The notes beneath the pieces were generated by a model. It was not told where the DNA came from, made no database searches, and worked only from the letters and a program-made list of their open reading frames with translations. Below, in pieces: positions 5,905 to 13,803 of a DNA stretch of 19,802 nt. The stretch is from Fidelibacterota bacterium (GTDB lineage Bacteria > Fidelibacterota > Marinisomatia > Marinisomatales > S15-B10). Positions within the stretch are counted from its first letter, which is position 1. Each line of letters begins with the position of its first letter. Both the position numbers and the translations under genes were made by a program. Location: NCBI GenBank assembly GCA_046861655.1, contig JBHIAI010000021.1:1-19802 (forward strand), written 5' to 3'.

Positions 5905-7326
5905 CTAGGATACCTGGGAGATTTCCTGGCCTTCAAACAGACGGCCATCCTTGTGTTCTCGAATTGTGAGCTCCTGCCGTTCCAGACGTCCTACAGCCAG
6001 CCTCAACCAGACCCACGCCAATGCCGCTGAACAGACGGCCGCGATAACCTGGGCAATCCACACCCACTCCACCGTCTTGCCCATCAGTAGTACGAACAGG
6101 GAGGCCAGGGTCACGCTGATCAGGAAGACCCTGAGGAAGGTGATGGCCAGCATGGGCAATCCGAACCCGAGTCCCTGAAGTACCCGGCCGCCGGTCAAGC
6201 TCACCGCGATAAAAGGATACCCAAACACGAAAAATCTCAGGTACTGAACTCCCGTCTCGTGAATCTCGGCGTCACCTGTGAAAATGGACACCAGTTCCGG
6301 GGAGAACATGAAGAACAGGGCTCCCAATACCACACCGATCAGGATAACCCGGGTCATAGCATAGGCTGTAATCCTGCGAACCAGATCCATCCGGCTCGCA
6401 CCGTAGAACATGCCCACCAGAGTCACCAGGCTGGCGGCAATGGAGATGACGGGCATGACAAACATGTGATTGATTCGTTGGCCTATCTGATAACCAGCCA
6501 CCGCATCGCCGGAGAAAGAAACCAGAATCCGGTTAAACGCGCCCCCGCCGATGGACATGATAATCATGGAAAAGGAGGCAGGAACCCCAATCCTGAATAT
6601 CTGACGCAGGATACCGGCAGAAAAAGAAAACCGCCTCAGGGCAAAGGTGACGTAGGTTCTCCTCTTCACAAAGAAAAGGTAAACGAAAATAAGAGAAACC
6701 ATCAGTTGGCTTAGAACAGTGGCCACGGCCGCCCCTTTTACCCCCATCCCAAGAACAAAGATGAACAGGGGATCGAGCCCAATATTCAAAAGCGTTCCGC
6801 TTCCTTGAATCAACATGGGCGTCCTGGTGTCCCCTTCTCCCGAAAGGATGGACCGGAAGAACACGGAGGATACCATGAAGATGTATCCCATGGCGATGAC
6901 ACGGAAATAGTCCCACGCCAGAGGCAGGATGTGGGGAGGAGTTCCCAGAATGGACAGAGCGGTCTTGCCCCAAACAAGACTTGCCGCTCCAAAGACAAGA
7001 CTGAGAGTAAGCCCCAAAAGGACGGCGTGTTCGGCACTGTTATCGGCTCCCTTCTTGTCCCGGGCACCGATAAACCGGGCCACGACGGCCGTAACCCCCG
7101 AACCCAGGCCAAAGACAAGCCCCAGAATGAGGAATACGAGCGGCATGTTGAATGCCAGGGCCGTAACAGCATCTGCGCCCACCCGACCCACAAACGCCAT
7201 ATCCACCACACTGTAGATGGTCTGGACCATCATGCCCAGCATCATGGGACCGGCCAGCACCCAGAGTCCCTTCCTGGGGTTGGCCATGAATTCGTCCAAG
7301 CGTGAGGATCTGGATGGATGACTCAT
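5905..7326 (-). CDS. MATE family transporter (DinF-like subfamily; efflux pump or flippase)
   Basis: About 12 hydrophobic segments; LAGPMMLGM...YSVVDMAFVG.VG, GEGDTRTPM, LNIGLDPLFIF..GMGVKGAAVAT, IFRIGVPAS. Start at ATG 7326 (TTG 7344 alternative). Confidence 0.92.
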   Translation of the reverse strand: MSHPSRSSRLDEFMANPRKGLWVLAGPMMLGMMVQTIYSVVDMAFVGRVGADAVTALAFNMPLVFLILGLVFGLGSGVTAVVARFIGARDKKGADNSAEHAVLLGLTLSLVFGAASLVWGKTALSILGTPPHILPLAWDYFRVIAMGYIFMVSSVFFRSILSGEGDTRTPMLIQGSGTLLNIGLDPLFIFVLGMGVKGAAVATVLSQLMVSLIFVYLFFVKRRTYVTFALRRFSFSAGILRQIFRIGVPASFSMIIMSIGGGAFNRILVSFSGDAVAGYQIGQRINHMFVMPVISIAASLVTLVGMFYGASRMDLVRRITAYAMTRVILIGVVLGALFFMFSPELVSIFTGDAEIHETGVQYLRFFVFGYPFIAVSLTGGRVLQGLGFGLPMLAITFLRVFLISVTLASLFVLLMGKTVEWVWIAQVIAAVCSAALAWVWLRLAVGRLERQELTIREHKDGRLFEGQEISQVS

Positions 7327-7377
7327 CGTGTCACTGCTGATCAAAGGGGGTGGAAAAACTACAAAATAAATTCGGGA

Positions 7378-8676
7378 TTAGAAGGAGTATTTCAGTCCCA
7401 CCCGAATGTGCGAAAAATCCTCAAGATCCTGGAAAATATTTTCTTCTTCCCCGCGCAAAAGGATGGCGCCGCCTTCCAGATTCCAGTTCTGAACCGGGGA
7501 ATACTCCAGGGTCAACCCCACCATAGCCCCCGCTTCCTCCAGACTGATCAGAGTCATGAGAGAAAATTCCACTCTTCCGTCCATCAGCTGTCCATCCGCC
7601 CCTGCCAGAAAGGCCCGGTCCACAAACATGGCAAACGGGGTACCCAGACCTGGATGGAAGTTCTCCCTCTCCAGCGGGGTCAAATTCAACGTGAGAGGAT
7701 CCAACGTGTTCCCACCAACGGACAGGACTTCCTGTCCGATGAACTGACCCATGAGGTTGATGTCCCATGGACCGGGAACCTCCAGTTGAATCACGTACTG
7801 GATGTACGTGGCATCCGTATCAAACTTGACAAAAAACTGACGGGCGTCGTAATCGTTCGCCGTCCGGAAATACCCACCCTCACCCCGCAAAGTAAGACGG
7901 CCCATGAACACCACCCAATCCGTCCCCAAAACCTCCGTCCTCCGGTAGCCGAATTTGGGAATGATCCTCATGCCCGCCCAGGGAAAAACTCCTCCCACAA
8001 CACCAAATATTCGATCCCGCCCTCTAAAATAGGAGAGCGATACATCCCCAACCCTGAACGACCGGGATGCCCGGATCCCGTATTCCACCGAGTCAGACAT
8101 TTCTCCCCAGGACCCCTTCCCGGGCCGGGGAGGGAGAGAGATGGGAAAATCTGGCTCGTTGAACGGAAGGCGGTTCGGTTCGTTATCGGGAACAAGAACT
8201 CCCTCCACTTTCCAATCTCCTGTGTAAACCGTCACCGATAGGGAGAGCGATCCGATCTTGCGATCCGTTCCCGGAAAGAAAAGATAATAATAGTCGTATG
8301 CAGAAAGATTGTCCGTGGGATTGTTTCCATCCACGGTCCCCCAGACTTGGATCTGCTTCCCCAACCGCAGTTCCCCGAAAGCCGGATACCACGACAGGTA
8401 GGCCTCCCTTATGTCCAACTGTGATCTCCGTGGACTGACAGACCAACGGGTTTCCCAGGCGATACGGGTCCTTACTTCCAGGCTCCCCCAGGCATACGAA
8501 GCGTCCCCCTCAATGAGGCGAAAGGGAAGAGAAATCTCGGTTCCATCGGATGTCCGGTACAGGTTGTAAGGATTCAGATTGCCAGAATACGAGATCTGAC
8601 CCGCCAGACCCACGGGGATGATCGCCGCCAGGATCCTGGTAAGAATCAAAGAGACTCTCGCCCTTGCCGGTCCCAA
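7378..8676 (-). CDS. Outer-membrane beta-barrel protein (DUF1302-like), partner of the MMPL/LolA-like genes
   Basis: 432 aa. Signal peptide; IREAYL, LRLGKQIQVWG..DG.NPTDNL motif; many alternating aromatic/hydrophobic strands; C-terminal BAM-type signal VGLKYSF. TTG start 1 nt after the upstream stop. Confidence 0.75.
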   Translation of the reverse strand: MGPARARVSLILTRILAAIIPVGLAGQISYSGNLNPYNLYRTSDGTEISLPFRLIEGDASYAWGSLEVRTRIAWETRWSVSPRRSQLDIREAYLSWYPAFGELRLGKQIQVWGTVDGNNPTDNLSAYDYYYLFFPGTDRKIGSLSLSVTVYTGDWKVEGVLVPDNEPNRLPFNEPDFPISLPPRPGKGSWGEMSDSVEYGIRASRSFRVGDVSLSYFRGRDRIFGVVGGVFPWAGMRIIPKFGYRRTEVLGTDWVVFMGRLTLRGEGGYFRTANDYDARQFFVKFDTDATYIQYVIQLEVPGPWDINLMGQFIGQEVLSVGGNTLDPLTLNLTPLERENFHPGLGTPFAMFVDRAFLAGADGQLMDGRVEFSLMTLISLEEAGAMVGLTLEYSPVQNWNLEGGAILLRGEEENIFQDLEDFSHIRVGLKYSF

Positions 8677-8677
8677 C

Positions 8678-9439
8678 TCAAAAGGTGGGCATCCGTTTCA
8701 GATTTCTTTCGTGAAACAATTCCTCCCCCACCCCCGAATCCACCTCAATGTTGCTGAAGGTCAACCGGGTGGAATGGTCCTTCTGAACGTTTTCTACATA
8801 GATTTCCTTGGGGAGAAGGTAGTCCTTCTTGGGCGTGTACGTGATGGTCTTTCTCTTGAGTAACCTATCGGCCCGGTCATACGACTCCTCTTTCAGGGGA
8901 ACCAGGTCCTTTTTGGACACCCAGACGACGTGCCGGCTGTAGATGGATTCCGTTTCCGGCCTGGGAATCACCTCCAGCACATAGCAGTCCACTCCCTCAA
9001 CTTCTTCACTGCCCAAGAGTTCATAGTCATTCTCGTCGAGACTCCGGCTCGTCATATCTTCGTAGTTCAGATCTGAACCCATGAACGCATCGCCCTTTTG
9101 CCGGGCGGATATGCGGCGCACCTTCTTGAAGGCAGGAAGCCACAGGCGCATTTCATCCGGACCCTCCTCGTGCTCAATCTTTAGGAATGCCACCCCTTTA
9201 TCATCCGCGGGTTCCAGAAACCAGATCATCTGTTTTTCCGTCCCGTTCAGGGAAACGGACCGGATGGTGGATGTCCGGGAATTCCCCCTGGCGTTGGTCA
9301 GAATCATGGTCAGGTCCGCCTTCATGTCCCGGGGTTTTTCCTGCTCGTCCATCTGCCTGGCAACGTCCAGGCCTGTCTGGGCACCTGCCTGACTGATGAC
9401 GAACAGGAACACACCTGCGATGCCACGGCCTGTGTTCAT
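8678..9439 (-). CDS. LolA-like periplasmic 'outer membrane lipoprotein-sorting protein'
   Basis: 253 aa. Signal peptide ending AGA|Q; motifs FLEPADDKGVAFL, LWLPAFKKVRRIS, FMGSDLNYEDM, YSRHVVWV, HSTRL, F.ERNL. ATGA overlap with the MMPL stop; SD GGAGG at 9449-9453. Confidence 0.85.
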   Translation of the reverse strand: MNTGRGIAGVFLFVISQAGAQTGLDVARQMDEQEKPRDMKADLTMILTNARGNSRTSTIRSVSLNGTEKQMIWFLEPADDKGVAFLKIEHEEGPDEMRLWLPAFKKVRRISARQKGDAFMGSDLNYEDMTSRSLDENDYELLGSEEVEGVDCYVLEVIPRPETESIYSRHVVWVSKKDLVPLKEESYDRADRLLKRKTITYTPKKDYLLPKEIYVENVQKDHSTRLTFSNIEVDSGVGEELFHERNLKRMPTF

Positions 9440-11850
9440 GGGTTAGTTCCTCCCTTTTCCACCAGTCGTAGTTTCAACATCTCGGCCAGAGAGGCCAGAA
9501 GGGTCAATGTCCCCACTGAGGTGGATACCATAGCAAAAATGATGAGTCCGCCGATATACTGCATGGGGACAAACATGGAAAACAGGAGGGAGGCAAAGCC
9601 CATGTTCAGTGCCACATTCAGCAGGATCGGATACCCCACCTCCTCGACTACTTCACGGGTTATGCGGTCGGGGGAAATCCCACGATTCGACAGATTGCGG
9701 TACTGGGCGATGTAGTGAAGGGCAAAATCCACCCCGACTCCAATGATGATGGAGGAAAGGACCGCCGTCACGTGGGAAAGTTCCACACCAAACAGCCCCA
9801 TTAAGCCGAAATTCAGTATGACGGCCGATGTGAGAGGAATGACGGACAAAAGTCCCCACAGTCTTCTGCGGAAGAATATCCACGAGATCAAGAAGATCAT
9901 AAAAAGCGAAACGGTGATGCTGATGATGGCGGACCGCAGAACCAGGTCCACCAGTTCCCGCATGACGACTACGAGTCCTGTGATGGTGGTTTTCATGTCC
10001 CCCTCCACCAGAGGCTCAATCATTGCCTGGGTGTTATCCATGAATTCAACGATCATGCTCGTGGTTACGTTGTTCATCAGCGCGGTTACCAGTCCGGTGC
10101 GATAGTCGTAATCAACCAGGGAACTGAAATCCTCGGGGTCGCCTGAGATAGAGTAAAGGGTAAACAGGTTATTCACCTTCCCCCGGTCATCCGGAATGGT
10201 CTCATAGGCGGGATCATCGTCCATGACCGTACGATGCATCTGTTTGATGACGTCCACGATGGAGATGGTGGTGTACACTCTTGGATGGGATCCGATGAAA
10301 TCCTGAATGGCCTCCACCTTTCTCAATACGTCTGGAGATTTCATGTCCCCCTCCACACGGACATCCAGATCCATCACGCCGGTCATTTCATTGTTCATGA
10401 AGTCAATGCTCTTTCGGATTTCGGAACCCGGTCTGAAAAACTCGGTAAAATTAACTTCAACTTTCACCAGCAGGATTCCCACGGCCGCGACGGAGACTGT
10501 CGTCAGGCCCAGGGTCAGAATGACCTTTCGAAAGCGGATGAAGTTTCTGCCGTAAACGGCCACCACTCTCTCTAGCAGACCGGCCTTTGCCACCGCTCTT
10601 GAAGCCAGGTCCCATTTGTGCCGGGCAATCATGGCAGGCAGGAACAGGGATGACAGCAACCAGGCCCAGGCGATGCCGAAGGAAATGGTGACGCCGTAGC
10701 CGGTGAATTGTTCAATGGGTGCAAAGATCATGGACAGGAAGGCGATGACGGTGGTAAGGCTCGTGAGAAACACGGGCAGCAAAAGGCTTTCCATGGTCAT
10801 CCGGGTAGCTTCCCTCACATCCTTCCGGGTGCGGAATTCCCGGAAGAACTTGGTTAGAATATGAACACCGTCGGCACTGGCGATGGTCAAAAGAATGATG
10901 GGCATGGAGGTGTTCACCATGGAGAAGTGGAATTCTTCCGAACCGGTCAACGTGGCCATCCATCCCAGGAAGCCCATCATGGACAGAAGGGAAATGACGA
11001 TGACGGACCACACAAGTTTCACCGCGAGACCGTACCGGAGGTTTGCGGCTAGAACGGTGAGCAGAATCACGACACCAATAACCATCAGGATCACAACGTC
11101 TTCCAGGATAAGGCTGGGGATGGTCCCGAAGAGATAGGGGGTACCCCCAAAATGAACCTCGTAACCCCCTAGAACGTCGTCCGCGATCCGGAGCATGTCT
11201 TCCCGTACAAGGTTATTGTCCACCTCCGTGCGGGGCCTGATCATCACATTCACGAAATCCCCGTGGCGTCCCAGTACCCGCTTTTTCAGGTTGGGAACCT
11301 TGTCCAGATAGGTCTCGATGGCACGAACTTCCTCCGCGGTCAAAACCCGGGAAGGCTGGAGAGGGGTGATTTCCAGGAAGCCCTCAAAGCTGTCCATCCG
11401 GTTCATGGTTGATAGGGACGTAACCTCATCCACCTCAGGCAGAACTTCCAGGGCACGGCTTACATCCCAGAGAGACGCCAGAAGAGAATCGTTGAACACA
11501 GATTCTCCTCGGTGACCGAAAGCGATAAAGGCCAGATCGGTTCTCCCGAATTCATCCCTTACGGTTTCCCACTCCACCCGGGCGTGAGTGGTCTGGGGGA
11601 GCAGTTTCATCATGTCTTCGTCAATAACAAAATGGGGCAGCCTCTCAGCCAATTTCTCGTAGGAGCGGGGGAAAATCTTCTCCACGGATTCGGCGGGCAA
11701 CAGCCACCCGGCGAGCCACTGGACGGCGGAAAGAACATTGCCACTCATTCCGGCGAACAGGATGAGAGACAGGATCAGGGGTATGCCGATGGCCCGTTTG
11801 GGATGGTCAAGACTCTGGCGAATAAACCAGTTCTTCATCGAGCGATTCAC
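9436..11850 (-). CDS. MMPL-family RND transporter (two-repeat, putative lipid exporter)
   Basis: 804 aa. Two repeats of one TM, a periplasmic domain and five TMs; TM4 TIASADGVH, PVFLTSLTTVIAFLS, TM10 IIIGVGVDFALH. Start GTG 11850 or ATG 11838. Confidence 0.9.
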   Translation of the reverse strand: MNRSMKNWFIRQSLDHPKRAIGIPLILSLILFAGMSGNVLSAVQWLAGWLLPAESVEKIFPRSYEKLAERLPHFVIDEDMMKLLPQTTHARVEWETVRDEFGRTDLAFIAFGHRGESVFNDSLLASLWDVSRALEVLPEVDEVTSLSTMNRMDSFEGFLEITPLQPSRVLTAEEVRAIETYLDKVPNLKKRVLGRHGDFVNVMIRPRTEVDNNLVREDMLRIADDVLGGYEVHFGGTPYLFGTIPSLILEDVVILMVIGVVILLTVLAANLRYGLAVKLVWSVIVISLLSMMGFLGWMATLTGSEEFHFSMVNTSMPIILLTIASADGVHILTKFFREFRTRKDVREATRMTMESLLLPVFLTSLTTVIAFLSMIFAPIEQFTGYGVTISFGIAWAWLLSSLFLPAMIARHKWDLASRAVAKAGLLERVVAVYGRNFIRFRKVILTLGLTTVSVAAVGILLVKVEVNFTEFFRPGSEIRKSIDFMNNEMTGVMDLDVRVEGDMKSPDVLRKVEAIQDFIGSHPRVYTTISIVDVIKQMHRTVMDDDPAYETIPDDRGKVNNLFTLYSISGDPEDFSSLVDYDYRTGLVTALMNNVTTSMIVEFMDNTQAMIEPLVEGDMKTTITGLVVVMRELVDLVLRSAIISITVSLFMIFLISWIFFRRRLWGLLSVIPLTSAVILNFGLMGLFGVELSHVTAVLSSIIIGVGVDFALHYIAQYRNLSNRGISPDRITREVVEEVGYPILLNVALNMGFASLLFSMFVPMQYIGGLIIFAMVSTSVGTLTLLASLAEMLKLRLVEKGGTNP

Positions 11851-11890
11851 CCTCTGATTTCCTGTGGATTTCCCGGTTGGAACGAACCCT

Positions 11891-12835
11891 CTAGGCCAGA
11901 GCGGTTTCCAGGCGTTCTATCACATCCTCAGTCAAAATCACGTCCGGCGCCCGGAGATTCTCATCCAGCTGCTCCTGGGAGGTGGCACCGACAATGGCGG
12001 CGGAGACCTCAGGCCGTCTTAAGACCCAGGCCAGGGCCAGGACAGCCGGTGTGGTCCCAAGCTCGGAGGCCACCTCCTTGACCCGGGCCGCCCGGTCAAG
12101 ATTGTCGTTGTCCAGGTACCTGCTCATGAACTCGCTGCCCCGTTTCTGTCGGCGGCTGTCGTCCGGGAAAGGCTTTCCCTTTTCGTACTTCCCGGTCAAC
12201 ACCCCCTGGGCCAGCGGGGAGTAAACGATATTGCCGATACCCTGGGCCTTGCACAGGGGAAACACATCCTCCTCGATCTCAGGCCGGAGCATATTGTAAC
12301 AGGGTTGATTGGATATGAATCTGGGAAGCCCCCTCTGGCGGGATATGTCCAGGCCCTGCCGGATTTGCGAAGCGGTGAAGTTGGAACATCCCACATAAAG
12401 AACCTTCCCCTGGCGAACGAGAATGTCCAGGGCTTCCAGGCTTTCTTCCAGGGGTACGTCATCATCAGGAGCATGGAATTGATACAGATCGATGAAATCC
12501 GTGTTCAGCCGCCGCAGACTGCTTTCACACGCCTGAAGGATGTGTTTTTTCGAAAGCCCTGCGCCGAACTGACCCGGGTGCATCCGGCCTCGAACCTTGG
12601 TGGCTACGACCACCTCTTCCCTGGGAAGCTCCCTGAGTGCCCTTCCCAATACCTCTTCTGCCTTTCCCTCCAGGTAGACGTCCGCCACATCAAACAGATT
12701 CACCCCGTTGAAAAAGGCGTAATGGATCAATTCAACGGAACGCTTTTCCTCCAGGTGACCCCCAAAGGTCAACCAGCCACCCAGGCTGATTTCAGATACC
12801 TTGAGTCCCGATTTCCCAAGATGCCGGTATTTCAT
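11891..12835 (-). CDS. Aldo/keto reductase (Kv-beta/AKR-like, NAD(P)H-dependent)
   Basis: Start placed at ATG 12835 (MKYRHLGKSGLKVSEISLGGW), 314 aa, ATGA overlap with the upstream stop. Catalytic tetrad in FDVADVY, VATKV, LYQFH; SLRRLNTDFIDL, YSPLAQGVLTGKY, IVGATSQEQLDEN. Confidence 0.93.
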   Translation of the reverse strand: MKYRHLGKSGLKVSEISLGGWLTFGGHLEEKRSVELIHYAFFNGVNLFDVADVYLEGKAEEVLGRALRELPREEVVVATKVRGRMHPGQFGAGLSKKHILQACESSLRRLNTDFIDLYQFHAPDDDVPLEESLEALDILVRQGKVLYVGCSNFTASQIRQGLDISRQRGLPRFISNQPCYNMLRPEIEEDVFPLCKAQGIGNIVYSPLAQGVLTGKYEKGKPFPDDSRRQKRGSEFMSRYLDNDNLDRAARVKEVASELGTTPAVLALAWVLRRPEVSAAIVGATSQEQLDENLRAPDVILTEDVIERLETALA

Positions 12836-13803
12836 TTTCTCCCCACATCTATGGACAGGCCAATCCCCAGGGTGGTGCCCCCTACACCTGCGTACTGAAA
12901 ACCCATGTCCACGGTGACGGGACCCCGTCGGTAGGCTACACCCAGGGAACTTCCGGTGGTGATGTCCCTCCACACAATGCCCGTTCGCTGCTCGAATCGA
13001 TAAGACGAAAACCCCCAGCGCAGGAGGAGGTTTTCGGGAAAAGAAAATTCTCCACCGATCCGCCACCATCCCCGGTCCTCCCTGCCCCACCATTTCCCGT
13101 CCGCCGAAATCTCCAGGGGAAGGTGGGCGAGTTTCTTTGTCAGACCCATGCTGATGCTGGTGGGAATGGCCTCCTCGTACCCGGTATAACTTTGAAAGGT
13201 CGCTCCCAGGTTTCTCACACTCAATCCAATGACCAGATCAATCTCTTCAATGGCCAGGGACGATCCCACGGTAACCAGACCCAGGGAGGCGGCTACGTTA
13301 TCGATCTGGCTGTGAAAGATTCCCCCGGTTATCCCAATGTCAACCCGCCTCCACAGCCCCTGTGAAGCTGACATGGTCACCCACGTATCGCCGGCAGAGA
13401 ATTCACCGCCTTTCACGTCCTGTTCATCCCGTCTGTCGAAAACACCGTATCCCAGATGCCGCAGGCTCACTGCCACCCTGCGGTGTCCCCAGGACATTCG
13501 CCATTCCACCATTTCCGATTGAATGCTCACCGGATACCGGATGACGGAAAGAAGGAGAACCCGGTCGCCTCCCGGTAAAGATGACGCTCCTCTCAACAGG
13601 GCCGGGTTCATCATGGACAGATCGGTTCCTCTGACATCCGCCACCCCGCCTCCGGACATACAAAGGGTCCGCACATGGTAGGGCATTTCCAACGCCGTGT
13701 AGCTTCCCTGTGCCTGAGCCGGACTGTAGAACACCCCAGAACGAACAGCGAGAAACGCCTGGAGGGCGGCCTTAGAGAAACGACACCGAGTCCACATCCA
13801 CAT
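12832..13803 (-). CDS. PorQ/PorV-family (FadL-like) outer-membrane beta-barrel protein
   Basis: 323 aa. Signal peptide ending AQA|Q; Y..L..P...R...M.G....D....NPALL N-terminal motif, HLGYG.F, GEFSAGD, GLSVRNLG, E.IP....G.TKKLAHLPL, GGEF, LLLRWG. Start ATG 13803 or 13797, overlapping the priA 3' end. Confidence 0.72.
   Translation of the reverse strand: MWMWTRCRFSKAALQAFLAVRSGVFYSPAQAQGSYTALEMPYHVRTLCMSGGGVADVRGTDLSMMNPALLRGASSLPGGDRVLLLSVIRYPVSIQSEMVEWRMSWGHRRVAVSLRHLGYGVFDRRDEQDVKGGEFSAGDTWVTMSASQGLWRRVDIGITGGIFHSQIDNVAASLGLVTVGSSLAIEEIDLVIGLSVRNLGATFQSYTGYEEAIPTSISMGLTKKLAHLPLEISADGKWWGREDRGWWRIGGEFSFPENLLLRWGFSSYRFEQRTGIVWRDITTGSSLGVAYRRGPVTVDMGFQYAGVGGTTLGIGLSIDVGRK

Noticed and set aside
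5891..5908. Bidirectional terminator between convergent pcm and MATE
   Set aside because: Only 10 nt between the stops; the weak CTAG...CTAG pairing has no U-tract on either strand.
7327..7377. Internal promoter for the MATE gene in an AT-rich spacer
   Set aside because: A TAGTTT -10-like hexamer exists on the minus strand but no convincing -35 at proper spacing; unsupported.
7318..8241. 307-aa + strand ORF and other long antisense ORFs (14588-15442, 18408-19184, 12305-12898, 2563-3156, 15467-16039)
   Set aside because: All lie opposite well-supported genes, show no recognisable motifs, and are expected shadow ORFs in GC-rich coding DNA.
12836..13093. 86-aa N-terminal extension of the aldo/keto reductase in the ORF track
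   Set aside because: Lies inside the PorQ-like gene in another frame; the family N-terminus MKYRHLG starts at 12835 with an ATGA overlap.
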